A stretch of 64,000 nucleotides of DNA, taken from assembly GCA_964247055.1 (NCBI GenBank), contig OZ176051.1, positions 12,896,001 to 12,960,000 on the forward strand, read 5' to 3'. Of this stretch, positions 12,291 through 26,495 are shown piece after piece (positions within the stretch are counted from its first letter, which is position 1; every line of letters begins with the position of its first letter). This stretch comes from Paragordius varius. Taxonomy: Eukaryota; Animalia; Nematomorpha. The position numbers were made by a program, and so were the translations under genes. The notes beneath the pieces were generated by a model, which saw nothing but the letters and a program-made list of their open reading frames with translations, searched no databases and had not been told where the DNA came from.

Positions 12291-15200
12291 AGCCTGGATT
12301 AGTTCATTTTAATCATTACTGGGTCATTAATCGCGAACTGACGTCGGGGGGCCGGTGCATTTAACAATCTCGCTCTACTATTTAACCAGATTAAGGGGGT
12401 ATGGGGTGTTCGCTTGAACATTAAGTGGGCCGGGGTTTCTTTAGTTGTCATAGAGTTTCTATACGCCCATAGATTAGTGTTTAACGCTTCGTGGGTGGAT
12501 ATCGCATTATTTTTTATTCTTTTGTATTTATTTTTTATCGTAACTACTAACCTTTCTACCATCCCATTCCTCTTGGGATGGTAGGGGGTAACCTTAATAT
12601 GTTTCACCCCTAACGTACTTAAGGATGACGTGAAGTACTCATTGCTAAAATACGAAGCGTTATCGCTAACGATCTCTCTGGCAAAACCAACTTGCAAACG
12701 TTTCTTCTACTTTATGGAATATATTCGCTGCGCTTACCTTTTTCAAAATAAACCCTTCTGCCCATTTCGAGGCACTATCAATTATCAAAAACAATAATAA
12801 CCGTCTACGGGTCCGGCTATATCAATATGAAAACGCTCCCACACAGCAACATTATGATCCCACTGATAAGTAGAATTTTGAGTAACATTCGGCCTATTAC
12901 GCTGGCACGATTCGCACTGACTACTGGCTTTTACCAGGTCATTTTCTAATTATGGCCAATAACACGTAAATCTGGCCATAGCTTTCATGGTCTCTACGTT
13001 GTTATGACCGCTGTGTAGGTATCTTACCACCTCTTTTTGGAGGGGCTTCGGAATTATAATCCGATCATTTAAACTTAAAAAGCCATATTGATATGGCAAC
13101 TCGTATTTACGGTTTACAAACTTTTCTAATTCTGGAGAACTTCAGTCAGGGTTGTTTAACGCTTTAATTACTTTTTTAATACCGGATCGAATGCGTTTTT
13201 TTTTTCGAATTTCATCTATTCTTAACCCGTTATACAGTTCAAAAATCTCAGGTATCTGGTAACCGCATAATCTTCATCATAGGCATCGATCTCGTCAATC
13301 GGCGATAAATAATCAGCTATATTTTGAGTCCCCTTTTAATGACCTATTTCAAAATCGTATTCATTTATTATGTTAATCCATCTTAGTACTTTAGTATTAT
13401 GTATTTCTTTTAAATTTCGATCTCTATTTAACTTTACTAAGGGTAAATAGTCATTTAAAATTACAAATTTTTTACCATATACGAAATGAAACTTTAACGC
13501 AAACAATATTGCTTTTAATTCCTTCTCGATAGTGGATTAATTCCGTTCGGCGTTGCTACATTTTTGTGAGGCATACGCGATCGGTATCCTTTCACTATTA
13601 ACCTCATGACTTAAAATGCACCCAAATCCTAAATCTGCCGCATCAGTTTCTATTATCAATTTCCTATTCGGATTATATGGTGTTAAAAACACTTCGCTTA
13701 AAGTCTTAGCTGCTAACCAGCTTTTCTCATGTTTCTCGGTCCAAGAACATCTCGTATTTTTACTAGTTAATTCATGTAAGGGACCGACTATTATTTGTAA
13801 TTTTGGTATAAAACGTTCATGAAACGTCTAATAACCTAAAAAAGTACGTAATGATTTTTATCATGTAAGGGACCGACTATCATTTGTAATTTTGATATAA
13901 AACGTTCATGAAACGTGAAAAAACCTAAAATACTACGTAATGATTTTTATCTACAGGCCTTTTTAGTTCCTTAATTGCCTTGATTTTGCTTTATGGGCTT
14001 ATACCCTTTTTCGATATTTCAAACCTTAAATCGTTTACTGATTCTGCACCTATCATTATTTTATTTGTCTTAATTTGAATCCGGCCGTTTCGAGACGACT
14101 TAATACGTTATTTAAATTGTTAATGTCCTACCAGTCACTAGAACGTCATCTAAATATACGCAAATTCCCGGACTTTCAGCCAGCACCTGTTCCATCACCC
14201 ATTGAAAGATGATGGGTGGCGTGGCCAGTCCAAACTGTATGCGTTTGTATCTCGAAAAACCTTTAATTGTTGATAGTAAACAATTCTTGACACTCTTCTG
14301 CCACTGGCATCTGGATGTAAGCATCTTTTAAATTTTTTCTGAATGTGAGACCTTCGCCTACTTTCGACACCAACTCATCAAACCAAGGATTATAAGAGAG
14401 TCTTCTTGCTACCACTTATTAATCGTTACCCGAAAATCACTGCATATTCTTAATTAGCTATTGGGTTTAGTACAACCGTAGGCGCGGCCCATGTCACAGG
14501 CGTAATGTTAGGATCAACCGGTTCTAAGATGCCTAACTTTTGTAGCCTCGTCAGCTCTTTCTCTACCTTTTCTCTTAATGGAAAAGGCCTGGGACATGGC
14601 TATACTTTCGGGATTGCATTCGTTGCAATGCGTTTTACTGGGTCATTATAATTCTAACTTCTTTTCGAATAAGAAATTTTAGCAAATCTCATTTAATTTA
14701 AGATAATTAATTTTAACCTGTGGCATCTCAATCTGGAACTTAGCCATCCAGTCCAGTCCACAGATAAGTGGTGCCATCCCCATAGTTTTGCTCATGATAC
14801 ATATGTTCCTCATCATTTGTTTGCCCTTTATCTCAACGTTAACGCTTGCCATCCCCATCATCGGAACCGTGGTGTTGTTGTATGATTTTATCGGCGGCGT
14901 CTGTCGTAGTTTAGGTTTACCTATTTGTTCCCAAATTGTAAAATTTATTACACTGATATCTGACCCGGTATCATAGATGAAATATTTTCTCAGACCGTTT
15001 ATTATTAATGTAAGTAAAGGTGTTTGAGCATTTCGACATACCTTGACCTTCAATAGTTGTCTATTGAAGTTAGGTTTTTGTCTCTTGGCTACGCACATCC
15101 TAGCAAAATGGTTCAATTTACCGCATTTGTTGCTTGCTCGTCTCCAGGCTGGACACTTGTTGGGTGGGTGTGTGGTGCCGCAACGTTTGCATGCAGTAGA

Positions 15201-15390
15201 TGATTTTATTATTGTTTGTCGGTAGGGTTTATGTTGTAACCGATTGATATTATTATTGCTGTTACTATATCGTCGTTTGCTATTATTGTTTTATGGATAA
15301 ATTGGCAATGCTAGCGTTAGGACTGCTATATTCATTGGTTCATTTGTCATTGCGTCTTGGCTACCAATTTTAGATGGGACCACAAGTAAC
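12291..15390 (-). mobile_element. Second Ty3/gypsy remnant in opposite orientation (gag knuckle, protease, RT, RNase H, integrase)
   Basis: FIYDTGSDISVI (protease), VYLDDVLVTG (RT), IVSDNASYF..TPYHPKRNGMVER (integrase). A ~90-bp internal tandem duplication lies at ~13771-13950. Confidence 0.9.
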
Positions 15391-15445
15391 GTGAGATGCG
15401 GTAAAAAAAAGATTAATTTATTGTATATGTGTTGTTGTTATATAA

Positions 15446-15446
<1 letters not shown>

Positions 15447-15482
<36 letters not shown>
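15447..15482. repeat. (TA)n microsatellite
   Basis: Uninterrupted atatat run of ~35 nt. Confidence 0.9.
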
Positions 15483-15488
<6 letters not shown>

Positions 15489-15719
15489 TCGGGTATGAAT
15501 GTATTCACAATGCTTGACTTTCTACAGTTTATTCAAAAGTATAATAATAAAAATAATAGTAAAACGTGGTGGTGAGGTTAATCTAATAATATAATAATAC
15601 TACAAACATAAGTTACGAGGTTAATCTAATAGTACATTACGAATGTTGTTTGTGCGGTTCATAATAGTATAATATAAGGTTTATTCAAACTAGCCTGTCA
15701 GTTACCACTATAACAGGAC

Positions 15720-16830
15720 CCTAAATGGCAAATATAAAAAATCAAAATTTAATTACACCGCAGGAAACTTTTAATACAACCTTATGGTCTTACCGTAACT
15801 CAATTCACGCTACCACGAAAGAAACTCCCTTCCAACTGCTTTTTAAACGAGTCTCCCAAACACCATTGACCTGGATCAATACGAAAACAACAGCCTTAGA
15901 TGCACCCTGTCCGCGTCGTGAGTTCTCCATAGACCAAGGGATAATGATGAAAAACGAGGGTCCTGGATGGCGAGCAGGCGAGATCGTCGATAAAACCGGT
16001 CTTCTTTCTTACAGCGTGTTGTATCATGAGAACAATAAGATGGTCAGAAAGCACGCGGATCGGAAAACACGTAGACCCACCCGCCAACTCAACTACACCG
16101 ATTACTCAACACAATAGTGACAATAATAGTGATAAAATAAATGATAATAATATTGAAATTAGTAATGATAATATTAATAGTAATAATGACATAATTAATG
16201 AAATATCCGAGCGTCGTTACCCTAAGAGAATTCGCCGACCACCGGTCCGGTTCTCCTAAGGGTGTAGTGATGTTACATATGCAAATTTTAATTATATATT
16301 TTGTATGTATGATATAAATTTTAGTTATATTTGCATAAATATTTTTGTATTATGTAAATAACATATCCATTAGTTACTCGATATTTTATTTGTTTTATTT
16401 GATATCATGCAAATTATGTTCACACAAAAATATTATATAAAGACTATGAAAACCGAATAAATAACTTTCAAGTCTATTTTTACTTTTGTTACTTTCTACA
16501 CTAATTATCCCTACAACGATATTAGTGGCCAATCGAAATTCCGAACTAAGCAAGTTGAGGTCCCACCGAGATCCGAACGAACATGACAAGGTTTATTGCC
16601 AATCTCGCTAACCTATACATCGAGAAATATAATGATAATATAAAGTTTGAGGAATACGTTTATAGACAAATGTTATGGAGGCGAAAGATATCCCTGTAAC
16701 AGAACAAGCCCTCAAAACAACTTTGCTCGCCGTGGTGGTCTATTGATTGTACGCAAAATATATCAACGACTGTATCCCAAAAAAATAAGATGCATCATGG
16801 ATCGAGATAATGACAACAGGCCTAAAAGTA
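15720..16830 (+). mobile_element. Ty3/gypsy integrase C-terminus, PPT, LTR (~16271-16520), then a PBS-like site and gag remnant
   Basis: YRNSIHATTKETPFQLLFKR ... RRYPKRIRRPPVRFS*; aagggtgtagtga|tgttaca boundary; gtggccaatcgaaattccgaac follows the LTR. Confidence 0.8.
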
Positions 16831-16894
16831 TTTAATCCCACAAAATCAAAATTTCATAGCAGATTTAAATTTTAGTTCTAATGATTCTCGTGTA

Positions 16895-18050
16895 AGTCTT
16901 TGATTATTATTGAAAATCGTAATGCAACTAACATTGTCAAAGGAAACGTTATGGTTTTCCTTTTAATATTCTGTAATACAACTTTTAAAATCTCCATTTT
17001 TTAAGTTATACTTGTGTTCATTCAGGCGTGTTTTGACTTTCCTTGCTATTAGGCCGATATAAACTCGACCACACTCGCATGGAACTTTATACACCCCTGA
17101 TAATTTAATTTGGATTTATTAATATTTGACAATAAAGTAATTAATTTAAGACCTGGTAACCCCACCCCAATGTCAAATCGCTTTAAAATGTGAGCGATGC
17201 GATCCGTGTTATTTTGTAAATACGGTAGAAAAATAAAAAACTTATATTTGGTGTTTTCTCTCGTCTTATTTAATAATAAAATTGCTTGATTGATATCGTT
17301 TGCAGAATATCCATTTTTTAAAAAGGTTCCAACAAAACGATCTGTTAAAATATTTTTATTTGCATTATCTGTTAATTTAAACCTGTGAAAAATTTGATTT
17401 TTTAAAACAATTTTTTTTGTAGAGAGTTATGGTAAGAAAATTTTTATGTAAATATGTATTGAAACTAGTTTTGATAAAAACTGTATGACAATGTTGTATC
17501 GGTTAAACATCTGAAAATGGTAACGATCGGTTAGCCTCAAATTCGACGGACAGCCAAATGATAAACATACCGTCCATATACCTGGTATAAAATTGTGGTT
17601 TTAAAAAATAATTTATAAATTGATTTTCAAATGTTTCCATAAAAAGATTAGCTAGAATAGGGAAAATCGGGAAACCCATCGGTAACCCCTCCTTCTGCAA
17701 ATAAAAATTATCATTGAAATTAAAAAAATTATTATTAATACAAAATTCAATCAAAGAAATATATTTCGCGTCCACCTCTAAATCTTTAAGAGGATGGGTT
17801 ACCTCTTTAAGTGGTACAATGGTAAAGATCCTTTCCACATCAAAACTTAATATTAACTAGGTTTCGGCTACATGATCCCTTATTATATCTATAAATTCAA
17901 ACAAGTTTTTTAATTTGTTCTTTAAGCGTTGTAAATATTTGGATAAATGTTGTGCAAAACCATATAAAGACAAATTTTTGGTGGAAACAATTAGACGCAG
18001 TGGAACATCTGTTTTATGCGTCTTTGGGATCCATACATACTGGGATTTAT
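16895..18050 (-). mobile_element. Penelope-like element, minus-strand arm (RT + GIY-YIG remnant)
   Basis: FYLQKEGLPMGFPIFPILANLFME..YTRYMDGMFIIW. Reverse complement of 18433-19605 at roughly 85-90% identity by eye. Confidence 0.85.
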
Positions 18051-18432
18051 AGGACATTGGGGAATTAATGAATTGTGTAAATGTGACGGGATGGGAGATT
18101 ATTTTATCATTGTTTAAACATTTATGTGTAATGTGTTAAAAGGGCATCGTGTGATCGTTTTGCATTTATACGTATCTTCTAATATATTTTGCATCTTTTT
18201 ATATAAAACATGTTCCTTATAACTACTTGATTTCCTTTGTCTAAGTTTAAAATAATAATGTCATTATTATTTTTCAAATCTTTTAGTGCTAGATTTCACG
18301 TGATATGTTAAATCGCCTTCTTTCATCTTTGTTATTCTTTTGGATAGATAGGACTTGCGTTTTAATGATGTCAACTATTTTTGGATATAAACAAAATAGA
18401 CCTGCTTATACGTTTGAGATAATTTGTTCTAC

Positions 18433-19605
18433 GGGCACAAAAACAGATGTTCCACTGCGTCAAATTGTTTCCACAAAAATTCGTCTCTATATGGTTTAGC
18501 ACATTTATCATAATATTTACAACTCTTCTTAAAGAACAAATTAAAAACTTGTTTGTATTTATAGATAAAATAAGGGATATACATGTAGCCGAAGCCGATA
18601 TATTTATAAGTTTTGATGTGGAAAGCCTCTTTACCAGTGCACCACTTAAAGAGGTAACCCATTTTTTTAAAGATTTAGAAGTGGAAGCGAAATATATTTC
18701 TTTGATTGAATTTTGTATTGATAATAATTTTTTTGAATTCAATAATAATTTTTATTTGCAGAAGGAGGGGTTACCGATGAATTCCCCGATTTCCCCTATT
18801 CTAGCTAATCTTTTTATGGAAACATTTGAAAATCAATTCATAAATTATTTTTTAAAACCACAATTTTATACCAGGTATATGGACGGTATGTTTATCATTT
18901 GGCCATATGCAACAACTGATCTCTCCTTGTTTTTAGGTTATATTTAGCATATGGTTAACCGTCGAATTTGAGGCTAACCGATCGTTACCATTTTTAGATG
19001 TTTAACCGGAATGACACAACATTGTCATACAGTTTTTATCAAAACTCATTCCAATACATATTTACATAAAAATTCTTACCATAACTATCTATAAAAAAAA
19101 TTGTTTTAAAAAATCAAATTTTTCGCAGGTTTAAATTAACAAATGCAAATAAAAATATTATAACAGATCGTTTTGTTGGAACCTTTTTAAAAAATGAATA
19201 TTCTGCAAACTATATCAATCGATCAATTTTATCATTAAATAACACCAGAAAAAACAACAAAAATTATAAGTTTCTTATTTCACCACCATACAGAGAATAT
19301 CACGGATCGCATCGCTCATATTTTAAAGCGATTTGACATTGGTGGAATTTAAACCAGGTCTAAAATTAAAAACTTTTTTATCAATTATTAATAAATCCGA
19401 ATTACATTAATCAGGAATGTATAAAGTTCCATGCGAGTGTGGTAAGGTTTATATCGGCCAAACCGCAAGGAAAGTCAAAACACGCCTGAATGAACACAAT
19501 TATAACTTAAATGAGGATTTAAAAGTATTGCAGAACGTTGTTGGAAGAAAACCATAACGTTTCCTTTGACAATGTTAGTTGAATAACGTTTTTCAATAAT
19601 AACAC
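18433..19605 (+). mobile_element. Penelope-like element, plus-strand arm (RT + GIY-YIG endonuclease)
   Basis: FISFDVESLFTS..GLPMNSPISPILANLFME..RYMDG (PLE RT); GMYKVPCECGKVYIGQTARKVKTRLNEH at ~19415-19495 (GIY-YIG). Confidence 0.9.
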
Positions 19606-20166
19606 TAGTCGACAAATTTGGACATTTTTGAGCACCACCACTCAAACTTTTAAATTATGACTAATTTCAGTGTTTTAAAACCGAAGGTGAAAAAATTTTT
19701 GATCCCGCCAATCAGAATTTTGAAATATTATAGGTTTTTCAATTATTCAAAAACAAGAGAAAATCGAGAGAAAATTAAATATAACTTTATAATAAAATGT
19801 AAATATATTATAAACTTAATATCATTTAATAAAGCGTTTTAAACTCTATCTTTTGAATATAAATATGTCATTTAAATATCAGAGAGAAAAAAATAGTACC
19901 GACTTAAACGTCAAAATTTAGACTTTTTCTTTCAAGTGAATTTTGAATACGTATAAAAAAATTTTAAAAAAATACTAAAAAAGGCATTCTATGGTTTAAA
20001 CCTTTGGCATTTAGATAGGCTATATTTTTTTTGTTAGTTTTCGTTCTTTCGAGTACTTATTAGGCTTTTTTTCTTGAGTTTTTTCTTACAAAAAATCCTT
20101 GATTTATACCTAATAGATATACTATATTTTTTAAAATTATTGGTTGTTTTGTATTTTTAATTTCAG

Positions 20167-20754
20167 ATGGATGTTGTGTTGCCACTTTTAGTAGAATTTA
20201 CTATTATGGGATTGGACCATTTGTATTTACCTAATCTTTTTATTCAATTTAATTGTAGAATTTATCTAACTTTATTCTGTGAATTGGTTAATTTGACATG
20301 TCAATTAGCCTGGATTTTGCTTGCAAGTCTCTCTTATCGGGCTTTACGATTACTTATTCTTATCTTTGCCATATCTGGCATAATTATAGGATCGCTTGGG
20401 GGATATGCAGAGCTTGTGCAGCCGCCCGGATCTATCACACTATGCATAAGCCCCTTTTAGATTTTTAATACTTTGGCTCTTAGCTTGTTTAGTATCTTAT
20501 TTAATGCCTAGAATTTTGTTATTCATGCATGGAATATTATTGTATCGACTTGCTCGTTTGAATATTTAAACATATGTACACGAGGAACGATTGTTATTTT
20601 TAAATTAAATACAAATTTAAAAATTAAATTTTGGAAAAATCCTATTGGTGGCCTCAATTTTCTTTTTTGTTTTGGCCTTTCCATGCCATTAGGTATCAGA
20701 AAATGCAAAAATAATGGAGTGGTGCAAAACCTTGTTGAGCAGTGTAATCAATGA
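20167..20754 (+). pseudogene. Decayed multi-pass membrane protein exon, rhodopsin-like GPCR/chemoreceptor resemblance
   Basis: Starts after a tttcag acceptor. One frame runs ~196 codons with two in-frame TAG stops. Hydrophobic segments CRIYLTLFCELVNLTCQLAWILLASLSYR (TM3-like), LLILIFAISGIII, LCISPF, FNTLALSLFSILF and FLFCFGLSMP (TM6-like). Confidence 0.4.
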
Positions 20755-20879
20755 CTTACACGAGAATCATTAATTTCTTATGTGAATTTGGTTTCGGGCT
20801 TTACCGATCATTCAGTAAAAATGAATTTACTAGTAACTGCTCCATCTGGAAAAAATGAATGTAATCAATTAACCACTTA

Positions 20880-22490
20880 CCTCAATTTCTCTTATTTGTA
20901 AATCACCTTAAATATCCCATTCTAAGCCTCTTTGCCCTCATTCAAAAGGGTTATTCCGCAAGAAAGGATACTCTCGAATGTAAAGGAGCAAATATCACAA
21001 CTTTCTAACACTAATTATGACAAATTTAACTCATCCAAGTTTAAATTCGGGTGCTTTAATATTAACTTTAAATGGGAAAACATATGAGATCATCTTAGCT
21101 TTACAAAAGCGCAAAATTCTAATATGTGCTTTGGGAATGCCACTAGAAAAACGGCACTACATCGATTGTCTATTATTAACTTAATTGGTCCGGCAACAAT
21201 ATTAATAAGACATGTTTTCCTTATACATAATAATTACAATGATAATATTACTTCTATAAACTGTATAAATGACCGAATGCTCCACATTAAAATTTTACTT
21301 CATGATAAAATATTTCTTTTCTCCATTTCTGCTCCACAAAATGGATTATCTAACCAACATTAAAATATTTACGATCTCTTGTACGAAAAACTCTCTTCAA
21401 TACCTGATAATGAATTTTTAATTTTAATGAGTGACCTTAATGCCCATTTTGGAAAGCAATACATTGCTGATATCTACGGAGGTTATGGAACTGATATATA
21501 AATGACAACGGATCATGTTTGATTGGTTTTTTACAAAATAGTGATTTAACAATAATAAACAATTTTTTTTTAAAAAAATCGGAATAATTATTATTAATCT
21601 AGATGAGTCTGTAAACCACAAATCTACGACTGATTTGTTTCTGACCAAGAAATAATAAAGAAAACATTTCACCAACGTTAAAGCAATATACGAACTGCAG
21701 TTAAACCACAAACTGATAGTCTTAGAAACAACCTTATCATGTCTTAAACTAAAATCTCCAGAAGACAGAATCATCAGAAGATCTCACATATAATGTTTAA
21801 ACTATAAAAAACTGACAGATGACGCGCAGAAAACGGCCAAATTTAAATCTTCCATAAAAAATTGAAAAAAAACTTTAATCTCAGAGCCAACTTGGGAAAA
21901 TTTAAAAAATACTTATATCCATATAGTATGTCTGGTGGAGAGGAAAAAAACCAAATAAAGGTCATCCAAAAAAATATCAATTTTGGTGGAATAAAAAAGT
22001 AAAAGAGCATATAAAACAGAAAAATTTGGCACATAAAATTTGGTTTAAGGAAAAGACACCATTAAATAGAAAATTGTATCGAGAATCCAAAAGTTTATGT
22101 CGAAAATTATCAGGGAAGCAAAAAATGAAGAAGCCCTAAAGTATGCGAAAGAAATCGATATAAAAACTAAAAACAAAACTGTATATAAATGGGAAAAGCG
22201 ATAATAATAACACATCCGCACCAAAATCAGTGAGAGTAAACAATGCAATAATAAATGATCCAGCTGTAGTTAAAAGCAGCTATTTTAACTACTTTTCAGA
22301 AATATTAAACTTAAACAATCCCATAACTATGCCGATCACGTCGACGCCTATTCAAAGCTGCTTTGAAAACTTAACGGATTCGGATATCAATACCGCTTTA
22401 CTCAAAATAAAAAATAAAAAACTCCCTGGTCTTTCTGAGCTCACGGTCGACATGCTTAAACTGATTAGAACCATTTAACACTGAGATTGG
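20880..22490 (+). mobile_element. Non-LTR retrotransposon fragment (APE endonuclease to RT N-terminus), left-arm copy
   Basis: Frameshifted ILMSDLNAHFG-type endonuclease motif near 21420; EITDSDINTALLKIKNKKLPGLSELTVDMLK-type pre-RT motif at 22230-22478. Confidence 0.75.
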
Positions 22491-22521
22491 TTGAAACCAA
22501 ACAAACAAATTATTAATTTTA

Positions 22522-24864
22522 CTACACAGTGTGCAAAATTGGGGGTATTTTTTTCTCATGATATCATATTAAGCTTAATATGACCGTTGTGACATAGACC
22601 TTCTAAAAATAAAAGGATAAAAAAAATTGTCAATGTAGAAATTTTTTTTCACTTTTTACATATATGGATATATTCGGAAAAAATCAATTTATTTGCATAA
22701 TACTTGATCAAAAATTTTAAAACTTATATATAATATAAATAATATCAAATAAATATTATTTGCAAATTTTGGCTCAATATGAATGGATAGATTTAAAATA
22801 AACGTCAATTTAATAAATCAAACTAATATCAGCCTTTATATTAGTAACATAAAAAATACTTGATGAAAATCAATATAATATGCGCCAAAATTTAAGTTTA
22901 ACTTTATATGTTAATATAATACTTATATATAATAAAAATTACATTTTAACAAAGTTATAAATTTTTAAAATTTTTTATTTTACTAAAATAAAATTAAATT
23001 TTTTTAATATAAACTGTAATATAATCATGTCTAGTGATTATAAATATAACCATATGTTTTACCTGGATTTTGATTTGTGGATGATATTGACTGTTGTTTT
23101 ACCCTGATACTGATGGTATATTTTATAATAATTATAGATAAATATTAAACATTGAAAAACCAATGTAATCCATTGTGAAAATCATATTTTAAAGACAAAC
23201 TTGCTAATCACAAGCAAACATCCACTAGAAAATTATATTTTGATACATTATGTTAATTTTGTAATAAATCTAATACATATAAATTTTCTCAATCTTATAT
23301 TATTTGCTTGTTTTTAGATGAATGTGGACTAGGTCGCCAAAAATAAAACTCCTCCATAGATTTCTATTTTTAGTTTTAATGTTGAGTTCTGCCAAAGATC
23401 TATTGGTTTCTCTTAGATTATCCATTCTAATGTAAATAAAACTCCTCCATAGATTGCTATTTTTTGTTATGTTGAGTTATGCCAGTATTCAGGCACACAA
23501 TTATTTTAGGTTCATTCTTCAAATTAGAAATGTAAAATAAAAAAATCTTCAGAATACGGCCAGTTTTTTCTTGAATTTTTTTAAAAAACAGTTTATGGCA
23601 AAAGAAAGTGTTAACGAAGTGTACAATAGTTTTGCCAACATTAAATATTTTATGTTATACTTATTTTTAATATAAATGTCTGCAAGTTTTTATAGTTATA
23701 ATATGTTGCACGGTTCATGAGACAAGATTTTGCAGCCCTTTCAATTTTTTGTTGAGTACCATTTCTTTAAATTCTTATATTTGAATCTATTAAAAGGTAT
23801 TGATAATCATTTTATAAATTATTTTAATCGGGTATTTTATGTTATTAATATTTTGGCAAAAAAGACTATCTCAATATCAAGAACTTTTCCAATGAGTTGA
23901 ATTTCATGTATCCTAAGTAGGATAGGTTGTTTGCGATGGCTTAAGAAGCGCATGATCTAATAGAAACTAATAAATATTTGGCAGAACTCAACATTAAAAC
24001 TAAAAATAGAAATTTTTGGAGGGTTTTATTTTTGGCGACCTCATCCACATTCATCGAAAAACAAATAAATTTTAGATTGAGAAAATTAAATATATTATAC
24101 GTATTAGATTTATTACACAATGAACATAATGTATCAAAATATAATTTTCTAGTGGATGTTTGCTTGTGATTAGCAAGTTTGTCTTTAAAATATGATTTTC
24201 ACAATGGATTACATTAGTTTTTTAATGTTTAATATTCATCATTAATTATTATAAAATATACCATCAGTATCAGGGTAAAACAACAGTCAATATCATCCAC
24301 AAATCAAAAATCCAGGTAAAACATATGGTTATATTTATAATCACTAGACATGATTATATTTCAGTTTATATTAAAAAAATTTAATTTTATTTTAGTAAAA
24401 TAAAAAATTTTAAAAATTTATAACTTTGTTAAAATGTAATATTTATTATATATAAGTAATATTTATATTAACATATAAAGTTAAACTTAAATTTGGCGCA
24501 TATTATATTGATTTTCATCAAGTATTTTTTATGTTACTAATATAAAGGGCTGAATTTAGTTTGATTTACTAAATTGACGTTTATTTTAAATCTATCCATT
24601 CATATTGAGCCAAAATTTGCAAATAATATTTATTTGATATTATTTATATTATATATAAGTTTTAAGATTTTTGATCAAGTATTATGCAAATAAATTGATT
24701 TTTTCCGAATATATCCATATATGGAAAAAGTGAAAAAAAAATTTCTACATTGACAATTTTTTTTATCCTTATATTTTTAGAAGGTCTATGTCACAACGGT
24801 CATATTAAGCTTAATATGATATCATGAGAAAAAAAATACTCCCAATTTTGCACACTGTGTAGTA
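22522..24864. mobile_element. Long-TIR (foldback-type) non-autonomous DNA transposon at the centre of the palindrome
   Basis: Ends tacacagtgtgcaaaattggggg / ctcccaattttgcacactgtgta. The ~900-bp arms lose identity toward the centre. No transposase. Confidence 0.55.
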
Positions 24865-24894
24865 AAATTAATAATTTGTTTGTTTGGTTTCAAC

Positions 24895-26495
24895 CAATCT
24901 CAGTGTTAAATGGTTCTAATCAGTTTAAGCATGTCGACCGTGAGCTCAGAAAGACCAGGGAGTTTTTTAATTTTTATTTTGAGTAAAGCGGTATTGATAT
25001 CCGAATCCGTTAAGTTTTCAAAGCAGCTTTGAATAGGCGTCGACGTGATCGGCATAGTTATGGGATTGTTTAAGTTTAATATTTCTGAAAAGTAGTTAAA
25101 ATAGCTGCTTTTAACTACAGCTGGATCATTTATTATTGCATTGTTTACTCTCACTGATTTTGGTGCGGATGTGTTATTATTATCGCTTTTCCCATTTATA
25201 TACAGTTTTGTTTTTAGTTTTTATATCGATTTCTTTCGCATACTTTAGGGCTTCTTCATTTTTTGCTTCCCTGATAATTTTTCGACATAAACTTTTGGAT
25301 TCTCGATACAATTTTCTATTTAATGGTGTCTTTTCCTTAAACCAAATTTTATGTGCCAAATTTTTCTGTTTTATATGCTCTTTTACTTTTTTATTCCACC
25401 AAAATTGATATTTTTTTGGATGACCTTTATTTGGTTTTTTTCCTCTCCACCAGACATACTATATGGATATAAGTATTTTTTAATAGCTCTGAGATTAAAG
25501 TTTTTTTTCAATTTTTTATGGAAGATTTAAATTTGGCCGTTTTCTGCGCGTCATCTGTCAGTTTTTTATAGTTTAAACATTATATGTGAGATCTTCTGAT
25601 GATTCTGTCTTCTGGAGATTTTAGTTTAAGACATGATAAGGTTGTTTCTAAGACTATCAGTTTGTGGTTTAACTGCAGTTCGTATATTGCTTTAACGTTG
25701 GTGAAATGTTTTCTTTATTATTTCTTGGTCAGAAACAAATCAGTCGTAGATTTGTGGTTTACAGACTCATCTAGATTAATAATAATTATTCCGATTTTTT
25801 TTAAAAAAAGTTGTTTATTATTGTTTAATCACTATTTTGTAAAAAACCAATCAAACATGATCCGTTGTCATTTATATATCAGTTCCATAACCTCCGTAGA
25901 TATCAGCAATGTATTGCTTTCCAAAATGGGCATTAAGGTCACTCATTAAAATTAAAAATTCATTATCAGGTATTGAAGAGAGTTTTTCGTACAAGAGATC
26001 GTAAATATTTTAATGTTGGTTAGATAATCCATTTTGTGGAGCAGAAATGGAGAAAGGGTTAAATATTTTATCATGAAGTAAAATTTTAATGTGGAGCATT
26101 CGGTCATTTATACAGTTTATAGAAGTAATATTATCATTGTAATTATTATGTATAAGGAAAACATGTCTTATTAATATTGTTGCCGGACCAATTAAGTTAA
26201 TAATAGACAATCGATGTAGTGCCGTTTTTCTAGTGGCATTCCCAAAGCACATATTAGAATTTTGCGCTTTTGTAAAGCTAAGATGATCTCATATGTTTTC
26301 CCATTTAAAGTTAATATTAAAGCACCCGAATTTAAACTTGGATGAGTTAAATTTGTCATAATTAGTGTTAGAAAGTTGTGATATTTGCTCCTTTACATTC
26401 GAGAGTATCCTTTCTTGCGGAATAACCCTTTTGAATGAGGGCAAAGAGGCTTAGAATGGGATATTTAAGGTGATTTACAAATAAGAGAAATTGAG
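24895..26495 (-). mobile_element. Non-LTR retrotransposon fragment, right-arm mirror copy
   Basis: Near-identical reverse complement of 20880-22490. Confidence 0.75.

Noticed and set aside
20167-20754. Idea that TAG is reassigned or read through (in-frame TAGs here and at ~4465)
   Set aside because: More than 1600 codons of CYP51, actin and the orphan gene contain no internal TAG. Ordinary pseudogenisation explains it.
21124-26252. Duplicated track ORFs (79-116 aa) as a possible paired gene system
   Set aside because: They are frameshifted or antisense pieces of one LINE fragment, duplicated by the palindrome.
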